DNA from: a virus
Reading direction: 5' to 3' (one strand)
DNA: 64,000 nucleotides
IMG/VR virus record: IMGVR_UViG_3300010224_000001
Span: 192,001-256,000 of that record
A program made the position numbers and the translations under genes. Numbering within the stretch: the stretch's first letter is position 1; every line of letters starts with the position of its first letter. Positions 47,723 through 57,433 of this stretch are shown one piece after another. The notes beneath the pieces are model-generated. The model did not search any database. It worked only from the letters and a program-made list of their open reading frames with translations, and was not told the origin of the DNA.

Positions 47723-48406
47723 TTAGTCTAAACTATTGGTGATAACTTCCTCACCTTGACTAAATGCTTTATTCGCCATGTCAACCAAAAACTGAGGATC
47801 GTATTTAGTAGCTGGCAATATCGAAGGTTCTGAAGTATTGAAATCAATAGTTCGTATATCGCCACCAACCCCTACTTCGACACCCTCCACCATTACCATG
47901 TTGATAATAAGCGGTGCTGTAATATTGGGAATCAGACGATTAATCCATTGCGCAGCCACCTGACCAGAACCAATCGCAATGAAGTCTTTCTTTTCGTATT
48001 CCTTTACGATGAGTTTACCTTTCTTGGGAATACGAATCGTGTAATTCTTGTTCTCGCAAACAAGCAACATTGTGCAAGTGGTTTTATTTTCTTCAAAGGT
48101 GCCAAGAATCGAACGATAGTTTTCATAAACCTCTTCGATATTCTTACCGTAACGAATTATGCTACGCATGTTAGCAATAATACTGGTTTCACCAGCTGCA
48201 GCGAAAGCCAAGATCTTGTCACCGCGAAAACTAGGCTTGTGCTTACTGCGCATCAGAACTAATTTATCAGTAGCGTCCCGCACTACACTAGCTGGTTTAG
48301 AGCAATGACCGCAAGTATAAGGTTCGCCTCCTACCTCAGGAGGTATGCTGCGAGTACTACGACTGTCGCCAGCTAACACGTTGTCTTTGAATACGATGAG
48401 CGTCAT
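47723..48406 (-). CDS. Ntn-hydrolase / HslV-proteasome-beta-like protein
   Basis: N-terminal MT, LAGDSR, DKL, AIGSG motifs. Confidence 0.6.
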   Translation of the reverse strand: MTLIVFKDNVLAGDSRSTRSIPPEVGGEPYTCGHCSKPASVVRDATDKLVLMRSKHKPSFRGDKILAFAAAGETSIIANMRSIIRYGKNIEEVYENYRSILGTFEENKTTCTMLLVCENKNYTIRIPKKGKLIVKEYEKKDFIAIGSGQVAAQWINRLIPNITAPLIINMVMVEGVEVGVGGDIRTIDFNTSEPSILPATKYDPQFLVDMANKAFSQGEEVITNSLD

Positions 48407-48522
48407 GGTTGGAAACCTTTTTTAATTGATTATTTGGTCTAACTTCAGCAGAATGATATATATCTGAGATTTTCTACATCCATAAAAGACAGAGGGACAT
48501 TCCCTCGCTTTATGACGTCTAC

Positions 48523-48843
48523 TTACATTACGGTCATACTGTTGATTTTGTATATTGTCCAGTTATCTGCATCTTCACGACGGAGCATAATAACAGCCGC
48601 ATCAGGACGAAACCAATTAATACTGCGAAACTTTTCAATGAGATCTGAGCCATCTGCAGCTTGATTGACAGAAACAGTAAATACACCATTGACCGTGGTG
48701 CTTTCAAGTTCGGGTTTAGTTCCAGGCCATTCTTCTAACAGCCAATCTCTAAACTTTGCTACACCGGTTTGAGTCTCACCGACGGCTACATATTCAGTGT
48801 CGTCAAAACTCACCATGAGTACAACGTCAGTATAACAAGACAT
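48523..48843 (-). CDS. hypothetical protein (family with 53178 and 53574)
   Basis: FRSINWFRPDAAVIMLRRE. Confidence 0.65.
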   Translation of the reverse strand: MSCYTDVVLMVSFDDTEYVAVGETQTGVAKFRDWLLEEWPGTKPELESTTVNGVFTVSVNQAADGSDLIEKFRSINWFRPDAAVIMLRREDADNWTIYKINSMTVM

Positions 48844-48855
48844 GTCTGCTCCTTT

Positions 48856-49317
48856 CTATTTCTTGATCCTCACACCATTCTTTTCGTAGAACAATTCGCT
48901 ACCCGGAATACCTTTGCGATAAGTCAATGTAGGATGATCTTTCTTCATGTCTTCGATCAGCATTGTACCAATGCCACGACGACGATAATTTTCTCGCACA
49001 AATACACTTACCCATGGTGGGAAGTAACCGAAGTCAGCCAACACTACGCCAACATACAGACCATCAGAATTCTCAGCTAACGTAACCGTGTAAGGACCGC
49101 CACACGCTGCGTCTTCTAATTGATGACGGAGTGTCCAGCCGCGAATGAACAGGTTATGCAGCAGAGCTTCACGAGCTGCTTCTTTGTTATAAACCCCCTT
49201 GACAATCCGGAAGGTCTCTTCTTTATTACTGGACTCTGGTGGATGCTGAGGACACGGCCAACGTAAAGAACCATCACCACTTGGGCAGGTACAAGTTTCT
49301 ACTTCTGCAATAGCCAT
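48856..49317 (-). CDS. GNAT acetyltransferase
   Basis: VFVRENYRRRGIGTML and FYEKNG. Confidence 0.8.
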   Translation of the reverse strand: MAIAEVETCTCPSGDGSLRWPCPQHPPESSNKEETFRIVKGVYNKEAAREALLHNLFIRGWTLRHQLEDAACGGPYTVTLAENSDGLYVGVVLADFGYFPPWVSVFVRENYRRRGIGTMLIEDMKKDHPTLTYRKGIPGSELFYEKNGVRIKK

Positions 49318-49322
49318 AATTG

Positions 49323-49682
49323 TTAGTTGAGTATAATGCTGTATTGATCGGTGAATTTAACTTCCACATTTTTGATCAGATTAACTTCATGATAAGATAA
49401 CTTCTTACCGTTCTGATCAACCAACGTGAACATCGTAAGTGCTCGCCGCATTTCATCTCGCGGAGCGTAGTCTTCAGTACGATCTACCGCCCAGTCATTA
49501 AATACATTAGAGCGTTTCATTCTGTTGTCCGCATAGCGCTTTGCAACACTATACATGTCTACACCAGTGACTCGCAGAATCTCCCTCTTCGGAACAACGA
49601 TCTTCATCAGCGATTCAGCTTTAACGATAGCGGGAGCGCTACCGGCAGCTAACATCGCTGCAAGAAATCCACGACGATTCAT
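49323..49682 (-). CDS. protein with twin-arginine (Tat)-like signal
   Basis: MNRRGFLAAMLAAGSAPAIVKA. Confidence 0.65.
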   Translation of the reverse strand: MNRRGFLAAMLAAGSAPAIVKAESLMKIVVPKREILRVTGVDMYSVAKRYADNRMKRSNVFNDWAVDRTEDYAPRDEMRRALTMFTLVDQNGKKLSYHEVNLIKNVEVKFTDQYSIILN

Positions 49683-49693
49683 TTATTCTTCCT

Positions 49694-50359
49694 TTACCAT
49701 AAACATGATTTCTCAGCAATCTCCATACGTTTCCAGTTCTTCTTTAGTCCGTAGATGCGTCGAGTCAAACCAGACAGATCATTAACTGGAAATACCATTT
49801 TCTTAAAAGGATCACCACGTACAAAACGCGGCCAGGGATCAACGATATACATATCGTCCACTATAGCAAAGTCATGACCACCTGGGTGGAGATTGCGTTT
49901 TACGATTTCACAATCAGGATTGTCTTCATTGTGAAAACCATAAATCTTTACACGACCAGGTAACTTGTCGTAGATGAACTTAGCATAATGCGTGCAGCAA
50001 ACAGCAGAGCCGCCATTACCAAGATGAGACGAACACGACGGCATATCTTTACCTAAGCGAATACACAGCGCTTCGTAGTCTTTAATGCTGATACGACCAG
50101 ATAGTACTTCTGGATGCGCTAACTCTGCTTCGAAATAGATACCAAATGCTTCTTCAGTGCCGAACAGTTCTTCCATCTCTTTGGCGAATTCTTCTTCAAG
50201 CATTGGCATCCGCATGTGGTGTTCTTTGCAGAATTCCTCCAATGCTTTACGAGCAGCTCCAGCTGACATCACTGCTGGATTGTGAGTTCGTTTAAGGAAA
50301 TATTCCCTGGCATTAAATGGACGAAGTGGTTGTTGTTGGTTATTATCAGGTGTTTCCAT
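49694..50359 (-). CDS. hypothetical protein, transglutaminase-like C-H-D pattern
   Basis: CCTHYA...GHDFA..YIVDPW. Confidence 0.55.
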   Translation of the reverse strand: METPDNNQQQPLRPFNAREYFLKRTHNPAVMSAGAARKALEEFCKEHHMRMPMLEEEFAKEMEELFGTEEAFGIYFEAELAHPEVLSGRISIKDYEALCIRLGKDMPSCSSHLGNGGSAVCCTHYAKFIYDKLPGRVKIYGFHNEDNPDCEIVKRNLHPGGHDFAIVDDMYIVDPWPRFVRGDPFKKMVFPVNDLSGLTRRIYGLKKNWKRMEIAEKSCLW

Positions 50360-50370
50360 GTTGCTCTCCT

Positions 50371-50763
50371 TTATGCTGCTAGTCGAGTACTACGTGTTCT
50401 ATCAAACGCATCAAAACGAGGCATCGTAGGTTTAATACCGCCGATATCATACAAGTCTTTCAAACTTAGGCCACTGTAATCCGACATACGCACCAACCAC
50501 TCCAATGGTAGGTTTTCTTTTCCATTGCGTACTCGGGATACACTACCTGCATGAATTTCCAATTCTTTCAGGAGTGTTTCAGATTTAACATGACCAGTGA
50601 CGATCATCAGGTGATTAATCAAACGGTCAATTGCCGAAGGTAAGGGTTTCCATTCACCAGGCTTCATACTGGCATCACGATACATCATGACGCCATACAC
50701 CATTGCTTCAGTGTAACCAAACGGACGATAGAAATACAACTTGTCTTTCGATTTTAGAGCCAT
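50371..50763 (-). CDS. HTH (XRE-like) protein
   Basis: LEIHAGSVSRVRNGK..LVRMSDYSGLSLKDL. Confidence 0.6.
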   Translation of the reverse strand: MALKSKDKLYFYRPFGYTEAMVYGVMMYRDASMKPGEWKPLPSAIDRLINHLMIVTGHVKSETLLKELEIHAGSVSRVRNGKENLPLEWLVRMSDYSGLSLKDLYDIGGIKPTMPRFDAFDRTRSTRLAA

Positions 50764-50870
50764 TACAAAACCTCTTGGGGTGTTGGTTTTACTGTTGACT
50801 ATTCTATTTGGCAGCAGGATAAATACTTAACATCATATAGCGATCACCTCACTATCTAGAGAATGTAACT

Positions 50871-51398
50871 ATGTCCAATACACCTACTCTTCTGTATCAT
50901 GGTTCAAGATTTGAGCAAACTGAACTAATGCCTGGCTTTCTCCGTAGCGGTGTTCTTGTCGAATGGGATAAGACAGAAAGCAATCGTTTCCTCTATGCGA
51001 CGAGTGTTCTGAATACTGCTTGGGAGCTAGGTTTCGCTAGTTCGATTGAGAAGGCATTTGACATTGAACGCTTTCATGTCCATCAAGGTAAGATCCTTAT
51101 TCAAACTCAAGAACCGATTACCGTTGAAGACTTAGAGAAAGTTCCTGTCTATCTGTACACCATCCATTATCAAGACAAAGATGGCTGGGTTAAGAACTTT
51201 AACGAGCATAACGGCCTTGATACTGAATACAAGACCAAGCAAACCATCCGCGCCATCGAGAGCTGTGTTAAACTGGATGTACGTAAATGGATTTGCAATT
51301 ACGATGTCACGATTGAAGAAGTGCTTCCAGACATTAAAGTGGGTAAGAGTAAACAAGTGACGTTAGAATCACACCGTCCTGTCTATCTTAAATGGTGA
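50871..51398 (+). CDS. hypothetical protein, possible H-Y-E ADP-ribosyltransferase-like fold
   Basis: LYHGS..LYATS..VYLY..TEY pattern. Confidence 0.45.
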   Translation: MSNTPTLLYHGSRFEQTELMPGFLRSGVLVEWDKTESNRFLYATSVLNTAWELGFASSIEKAFDIERFHVHQGKILIQTQEPITVEDLEKVPVYLYTIHYQDKDGWVKNFNEHNGLDTEYKTKQTIRAIESCVKLDVRKWICNYDVTIEEVLPDIKVGKSKQVTLESHRPVYLKW

Positions 51399-51494
51399 GA
51401 ATAATCCAGAGGGCTACGGTCCTTTGGATTATCTACCCTTATGCCGTCTTAACGTCATAAAGAAGGAGAGAGCCGAAGCCCTCTCCCTCAGGTG

Positions 51495-52079
51495 TTACTT
51501 GTGGTTACGAGCAATACCAAAATCAGCTGCTTTGAGTTTCACCATACGACCATCAGGATGATACCAGACGACACCTTCGATGTTCGTCTTGCTGAAGTAT
51601 TCCTTCAGTTCGTCAAACGTACGTGGGCAGTCTTCCATAATGTCTTGACCGTGCGGGATAAGAATGTGCTTTTGCAAATTCTCAGGATTCGGGCCATGGC
51701 GAGTACCAACTTTGGGTCCGCACACTTCATACGTACCGTCAGGTGGCATTGAACCCTTAACCCAATTACCCTCAGTAAGAGCGACAGCTTCCCATACATG
51801 TTTAAGTGTAGGAGAAGCGGGTACCCAACCAGGCCAGTGTCCAGTTTGCGGATCTGGTTCAGGTTGAGCAGGGATAAAGTCTGTCGGCGGTATACGGCCT
51901 GTCTTAGCATCGTAACGCACATACACCTTGAGTGACTGAATAAGCACAGCTAAGCCATCCCATTTACGAGTAGCGTAGCCAACACCATTCAACACCCATT
52001 CCGAACCTGGAACGGCCTCGTTACGGACTTGACGATCACCATCATAGTTACGTTGAAACAAAGACTGAATCTTTTTCAT
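51495..52079 (-). CDS. ATP-dependent RNA ligase-like protein (DUF5565/RLIG1-like)
   Basis: MKKIQSLF, ATRKWDG (motif I), TYEVCGPK, EGVVW, MVKLK. Confidence 0.75.
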   Translation of the reverse strand: MKKIQSLFQRNYDGDRQVRNEAVPGSEWVLNGVGYATRKWDGLAVLIQSLKVYVRYDAKTGRIPPTDFIPAQPEPDPQTGHWPGWVPASPTLKHVWEAVALTEGNWVKGSMPPDGTYEVCGPKVGTRHGPNPENLQKHILIPHGQDIMEDCPRTFDELKEYFSKTNIEGVVWYHPDGRMVKLKAADFGIARNHK

Positions 52080-52221
52080 GCTTTTCTTCCTATTGGATGT
52101 TGGTAAGTTTCGAATCCCGCCCCCATCCATAACCTTTCCTATCTGAGTATTTTTTTGATTATTTGCAACAAATAAAAATACGTCATAAAAGAGAGAGCTT
52201 TCGCTCTCTCCCAGATACTAC

Positions 52222-52542
52222 TTAGGTCCAATAATCCAGCTTATCTTTAGCGTTGAGAATGACGACCGTCTCAGGGTCTCTCAGGTAAAGATCGAGTTGA
52301 CGTTTCGCTTCGCGGCGCTGGGGGCGTTCAGTAAACAGGTTACGGAACCATGCCGGGCCAGGCTCTTTGAAACGAATGTACTTGTCAGAATGGAAGACGG
52401 CTAAACGTTTCTTACCTTCTTTCGATTTAGGGTCAATCGAAGGCGGATGGATAGCGTCAGATTCATCGTCTCTCAGTACCCATTTGCGGGTATAGCAGAA
52501 AGTATCGGAGTGGTTGCCAGTACGGCGTTTAGTGCGAGACAT
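52222..52542 (-). CDS. basic hypothetical protein (MSRT family)
   Basis: Start at MSRTKRR; FHSDK..LDYWT. Confidence 0.65.
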   Translation of the reverse strand: MSRTKRRTGNHSDTFCYTRKWVLRDDESDAIHPPSIDPKSKEGKKRLAVFHSDKYIRFKEPGPAWFRNLFTERPQRREAKRQLDLYLRDPETVVILNAKDKLDYWT

Positions 52543-52618
52543 TAAAGCTCCATGGTTGTTGAACTTACAACATGGCAGCCTCCTTAAAAATGGGTTAATC
52601 GTAAAAGAAATAAATTCG

Positions 52619-52708
52619 TGGCGTAGGAGGAAGGAGTCGAACCTTGCTAGCTTTCGCCAGACCTCCGTCACTCAAGAGTGCCTCACAACCGTTTGGCTAA
52701 CCTCCCAC
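52619..52708 (-). tRNA. atypical 8/4-fold class II tRNA-like gene with aberrant anticodon loop
   Basis: 8-bp acceptor GTGGGAGG/CCTCCTAC, 4-bp T-stem AAGG-TTCGACT-CCTT, long variable arm, G73-CCA. Confidence 0.75.
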
Positions 52709-52751
52709 ATTCTCTACAAACTATTAGACTACTTGGTATTTTTCAACTACT

Positions 52752-52979
52752 TTAGTCGCCCGTAGAGAGCAATCGTGGCTCACCTAATTCGGTGCGGAGT
52801 TCCAGAAGGGTCTTCTGCGCGGCAGCTATCTTGAGTTTAAACTCATCGTTGAATTCATCAGCACCCCAGCAAGGATTGATAACAATTTCATTAAATGCAT
52901 TATTCACAGACTTCAATGCTTTAGCGACATCGCTACGCATTTGATCGACAACGCGATCTGCTTCAGTAGTAACGCTCAT
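52752..52979 (-). CDS. hypothetical protein
   Basis: 75 aa with RBS. Confidence 0.55.
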   Translation of the reverse strand: MSVTTEADRVVDQMRSDVAKALKSVNNAFNEIVINPCWGADEFNDEFKLKIAAAQKTLLELRTELGEPRLLSTGD

Positions 52980-53177
52980 TTTTCTTCCTTTTTAAGAACC
53001 TGAACAAACTCATCTCTAGAAAAGACACATCGCGCTGCTCGTGCAGGATTACGACCCCAATTCTCGTCAAGTTTAATCCAATTACTGCAATTATAACGAA
53101 AAATACCATCTATAGGTATAGCGCCAAATGTGGTGTTTTCGATTTCATACATAGTTGTACCTTGTTGTTATTCCTTT

Positions 53178-53474
53178 TTATCTAAGTAAAAAGCTTTCTT
53201 GAGTTATAACTGAATTCGCACCCATCTCGCGAATCATGAGAAGAGTAACTTCTGGCTCATTCCATTTAATGGAACGGAATTGTTCTACCAATCTGTCCTT
53301 ACTGACATTGGTAGTCTTGATGTAGAACACACCCGGCATTGGTGCGTTTTCAAATTTCACATGTGGCTTACCAGACTCTTGTTCTATCCACATGGTAAAA
53401 GTACCGACGTTAGACTTAGTGTTATCGTTAGGTCTAATGTTATCTGATTTTGTTGCTAAAAGTAAGACTTCCAT
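53178..53474 (-). CDS. hypothetical protein (family with 48523)
   Basis: FRSIKWNEPEVTLLMIRE. Confidence 0.6.
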   Translation of the reverse strand: MEVLLLATKSDNIRPNDNTKSNVGTFTMWIEQESGKPHVKFENAPMPGVFYIKTTNVSKDRLVEQFRSIKWNEPEVTLLMIREMGANSVITQESFLLR

Positions 53475-53573
53475 TTCAAATCCTTTCTTGGTTGTTCTCA
53501 TTATGGGATATCTAGGTGAAAAATGATACAGACGTCATAAAGTCAGAGAACCCGAAGGCTCTCTGACTCACGA

Positions 53574-54104
53574 CTATACTGGAATAATTTTACGACCAAA
53601 CATGTCGTCCTGCACTTCACTTGAAGTGCGTTGTTTGCCGGTCCAAGGATTATACAACCAGGCGCCGCCCCAGTTATAATCGCGATATTCTTGCGCCAAA
53701 ATTGGTTCGCTTTCGGAGTCTTCTTCAAAACGCTCCTTGATGTCTTTACCATCAGCTGGATCGTATTTAAGAGGGATTAACTGTTCAACGCTAGAAGGTC
53801 CGTTCAACTCACGATAATGATCGTCGTGTTCTGTTTTTACAAATACTTGCACGTCTTCAGGAAACTTCCACGGTAACGAATAGACGCGTTTACGAAACTC
53901 TTCCTCATCAAGGTAGATGAATGAGCCGATATACGTGTTGGAATCTATCAAAAGATTTTCATCAGGATGTATATTTTCAATACGAACGAAATCATTGTTG
54001 CTGCAACGGCTGTACTGTTTTGGATTTTCTAATAATGCCGCAATAATGGAATCATCAACCTGATTATTGTTAGTACTAAGAATTACAGTAGTAATTGTAC
54101 CCAC
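53574..54104 (-). CDS. hypothetical protein
   Basis: SLPWKFPEDVQVFVKTE; C-term WLYNPWTGKQR. Confidence 0.65.
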   Translation of the reverse strand: MGTITTVILSTNNNQVDDSIIAALLENPKQYSRCSNNDFVRIENIHPDENLLIDSNTYIGSFIYLDEEEFRKRVYSLPWKFPEDVQVFVKTEHDDHYRELNGPSSVEQLIPLKYDPADGKDIKERFEEDSESEPILAQEYRDYNWGGAWLYNPWTGKQRTSSEVQDDMFGRKIIPV

Positions 54105-54132
54105 GATGTTTTTCCTTTTTATGTTAACTTGA

Positions 54133-54813
54133 CTATTTAATATCTACGTATGTCTTATTATTCCAAATGTTCACAATACCAGAATGCGCAATACCAAATC
54201 GTTCGCTAGCTTCACGCGCGGTAATTGAACCTTTTAATGCTCTCAACTCACGAACATTGTCTTCGTTTAATTTGGCAAGAGTTCCGTCACATCCACGCTT
54301 AGGTTCGGCTAAACCATTTTCGAAAGCGTGCTCAGTATTTTCTTGATGTGTTGCCCATTCTAAGTTTGTACGGTGATTATGCATTTTAACACCGTCTTTA
54401 TGATTCACCGTAGGTTTGTTTTCTGGATTAGGTACAAATGCCCCGGCCACAACTCGATGGACTCGTATCATTACATTCGTGCCGTCTCTACCGCCTATTT
54501 TAGTAGCAATGACTTCATAACCTGATTTACTTTCTTGTGACTTCAAGACCTTGTTTGTAGACTTGGAGATAACACGAGCATCTTCAGTAACAAGAAAACG
54601 ATTATCATATCCTTCTACAGGTTTAACTTCGGGATGGTCAATTCCTGCGCGTTTTTGCACAGGCATATTCTTTGGCCATAGCTCGCTACGTTTTGTTTCA
54701 TCGTCTCGAGTTTCGGTAAGGATTACCATTTCCGAACCATTGCGCTCAGTTATCGTAGGTCCTTCTGTAATTCGATCAGATAATTCTTTTGGCATTGTAA
54801 GCATTACTATCAT
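54133..54813 (-). CDS. NUMOD4-HNH homing endonuclease
   Basis: VHRVVAGAFVPNPENKPTVNHKDGVKMHNHRTNLEWAT. Confidence 0.9.
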   Translation of the reverse strand: MIVMLTMPKELSDRITEGPTITERNGSEMVILTETRDDETKRSELWPKNMPVQKRAGIDHPEVKPVEGYDNRFLVTEDARVISKSTNKVLKSQESKSGYEVIATKIGGRDGTNVMIRVHRVVAGAFVPNPENKPTVNHKDGVKMHNHRTNLEWATHQENTEHAFENGLAEPKRGCDGTLAKLNEDNVRELRALKGSITAREASERFGIAHSGIVNIWNNKTYVDIK

Positions 54814-54909
54814 TCCTTCATCACGACGTCATAATACCCAGACCATTGCGGGTCTGGGTATTTTTATTACGCCACACTGAATTAAAGAACGAGATAACAA
54901 GGGTTATAG

Positions 54910-54991
54910 TGCCGGGAACGGGACTCGAACCCGTAAGCCTTGCGGCGGCGGATTTTAAATCCGCTCCCTTTACCAATTTGAGCACCCCGGC
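54910..54991 (-). tRNA. tRNA-Leu(TAA), CCA not encoded
   Basis: GCGGA-TT-TAA-AA-TCCGC, long variable arm, A73 followed by CTA. Confidence 0.9.
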
Positions 54992-55091
54992 ACTATAACC
55001 CCTATTGTCATGCTCCCACTAAACTTTACTGCATCATCCTTCTTCTCAAACTATTAGCGTAAGTTGTAAAAAATTACTTAATAGCAACTGT

Positions 55092-55460
55092 TTACTTCGC
55101 TGGCTTAAAAAGTTCTAGAGAAGAGAGTGCTGGACGAAACTCAAATGACGAATCGCTCTTACGACGTTTGTATTCTTCGGCACTGATGTCTGTCCAATCA
55201 GTCCAAGACTGATCACCGCTACACCAACGACGAGCCTGCCAGTTTATCGAATTATTCGTTTCAGTTATTGTCAGAAACGTCACTCGTTCCCACGAACCGT
55301 TCTGCAACCAGTGAGTAGGTTCATCTGAATTGATTGCTACTGTTGGAATATCATCAACTAAGAAGATACCACGAAGAGTACCTATTTCTTCTGCTAGCCT
55401 AACTTGGTAAGGAGTTAAAGCAGAGACATCGGTACGTTTGATTGAGCTAACTGTTTTCAT
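55092..55460 (-). CDS. hypothetical protein
   Basis: 122 aa ORF. Confidence 0.6.
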   Translation of the reverse strand: MKTVSSIKRTDVSALTPYQVRLAEEIGTLRGIFLVDDIPTVAINSDEPTHWLQNGSWERVTFLTITETNNSINWQARRWCSGDQSWTDWTDISAEEYKRRKSDSSFEFRPALSSLELFKPAK

Positions 55461-55688
55461 TCATCACTCCTACAGCGTCAACATTACGCATAGCTAGACT
55501 GAACAGCTTCTTACCGTAACTAACTTGGAGTAAGCCGTTCTTGCATTGCTTTACGAGAATGCAGGTTTTACCGATAATCTCACGCCTACATTCACACATC
55601 CATAAATCACGATCGCTATTGATCGTGACTTCTTTACCAATGTTGTCGTTTACTTCCCGAGGACGCATGACGGGCTCCTTAGGTTAAA

Positions 55689-56012
55689 TTACTCAATTGG
55701 TTTAACAAGCTTTACTTGGACGTTTTCATTCGAGTTATTGATAACCTCGACTTCTTTACCAATAATCGTAATGCTGTTCTCGTCACCTTCAATCGACACA
55801 CTGCCTTTGGCTTTGATGGTAACGCCGTTGACGCTAATGCCGTCACCACTTATCGTAAGACCATTACCTTTACCACCTTTGATCTTTACACCAGTAATAC
55901 GGATACGTTCGCTTGATGGGATTTCCACAGATTCTTGTTCAGCAGTTGGTTTATCGAAGCAGGACAGGATTTCTGATCTGCTAGTAAAAAGACGTTTAAA
56001 GAAATCCCACAT
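55689..56012 (-). CDS. hypothetical protein, Gly/Ile-rich beta repeat
   Basis: GVKIKGGKGNGLTISGDGISVNG. Confidence 0.55.
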   Translation of the reverse strand: MWDFFKRLFTSRSEILSCFDKPTAEQESVEIPSSERIRITGVKIKGGKGNGLTISGDGISVNGVTIKAKGSVSIEGDENSITIIGKEVEVINNSNENVQVKLVKPIE

Positions 56013-56279
56013 ATTAACCTCGATGGATAGCGACTTTAACTGCAATCACGATTGGTTTAAGTCTGGGAATTGCCCAGTCAGGCATAGTGTCAAGGTGTGG
56101 ACCAGTGCTTACCCAGGTAGGAACACCTTCTGAATTACTGGCATGCCAAACTTGACCCTTTTCGTCTATGCGGATATGCGCCGTATTACTTATACGACCA
56201 AGGGCTTTAGTGTCAGCTAGTAAACCTTGGAGCGACGTACTCTTACCGACACTACGACCTTTGATTATAATCTTTTCTG

Positions 56280-56555
56280 TCATGATGCGTAGACTTCCCC
56301 GTAGAAGAGAGCTTTAGGATTCTTTTCTTTAGTACGTTCCATCCAGCTTGTGTAATCTTCCACATCTTCAAAGTCAAGACCTTTACCGATTTTAACACGA
56401 TAGAAGACACTACCGTCTTCAAGTGTTTTATGCGGTTGGATTTCGTCTTGCTTAGCAATAGTCTTCACACGACGAGTAACGGCAGCAGCTTCAGCGGCTA
56501 AAAAACCACCGAGTACAAACAGCATGACTTTCTTCAACAGACTACGACGTGCCAT
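56280..56555 (-). CDS. Tat-signal-like protein
   Basis: MARRSLLKK; IGKGLDFEDVEDY..W shared with the next gene. Confidence 0.6.
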   Translation of the reverse strand: MARRSLLKKVMLFVLGGFLAAEAAAVTRRVKTIAKQDEIQPHKTLEDGSVFYRVKIGKGLDFEDVEDYTSWMERTKEKNPKALFYGEVYAS

Positions 56556-56569
56556 TCTTATTTCCTCTT

Positions 56570-56920
56570 TCAGGTAGATGTACCTTTAATACCGAACATG
56601 GATTGGGCTAATTCTGGACTGATGGTTTGGCTCTCGCAAATATCGCCAATATACTGGATATTCGAGTCTGCTAGATTCGAAGGAAGCCAGTTGAAATAAT
56701 CCTGAAGCGTCTCGAAGTCTTTACCTTTACCAATCGTCATGTGAACGATCTTACGTTCTTTCTCGATCGGCGCGATAGCAGGAATATCCATCTCTTCAGG
56801 AATCAGATGATTCTTCGGAGTCAGGTCATCTTTACTACCGATCGATAAAGCTGCTTTAGTGGTGACAACACCTAAAACAACACCTACACCTGCTTTAAGA
56901 AAGCTACGACGAGAAGCCAT
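56570..56920 (-). CDS. Tat-signal-like protein
   Basis: MASRRSFLKAG; IGKGKDFETLQDY..W. Confidence 0.65.
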   Translation of the reverse strand: MASRRSFLKAGVGVVLGVVTTKAALSIGSKDDLTPKNHLIPEEMDIPAIAPIEKERKIVHMTIGKGKDFETLQDYFNWLPSNLADSNIQYIGDICESQTISPELAQSMFGIKGTST

Positions 56921-57187
56921 TGTTATTCCTTTTTTCTTTGAATGTATATTTTTTTGTTTATCGACTTTTGAGATGACAAACAAAAAAAAGAAAAAGCTAC
57001 CCAAGCATAGATGCAAGATCTAAACCTGGGTAGCGAAGCACTGCGTTTCCAATCAACTTAAAGGAAGATCATCACTCTTCCAAAATATTGGAGCTGATTA
57101 TAAAAAATTACTTCTTTACAACATTACCAAATACGCCAGGGGTCTTTGTCGTTCATTCTTTTTTCCAGTTCTTTGATAAAGCACACG

Positions 57188-57433
57188 TTACTTCAACACT
57201 TTCATAGTAACGTTCTTAATCATGAGTTCTTTAATCTCTGCCGCACGAAAATCGGTAAAAGCTTCACCACAGTCGTTACAGGTGACAACCGGTATCGAAG
57301 CACTAAGCTTCAACTCGTCTTCACCGGCGCCGTATTCGAAATTGTCAACCACAATTTCTTCCTTGAGATTAACTGACTCACAACGCGGACATTGATACTT
57401 AATATCGTCAGGTTGCGTCTCTTGATTGCTCAT
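57188..57433 (-). CDS. YgiT/MqsA-type zinc-finger protein (no HTH)
   Basis: CPRCES...IPVVTCNDCGEAF. Confidence 0.65.
   Translation of the reverse strand: MSNQETQPDDIKYQCPRCESVNLKEEIVVDNFEYGAGEDELKLSASIPVVTCNDCGEAFTDFRAAEIKELMIKNVTMKVLK

Noticed and set aside
40497-52671. ORF-track N-terminal extensions of 40035, 41603 and 52222 genes
   Set aside because: They overlap tRNA or tRNA-like genes; downstream starts with RBS are more plausible
56014-56283. KGRSVGKST as a P-loop ATPase or terminase fragment
   Set aside because: 89 aa ORF with only a short motif match; insufficient support
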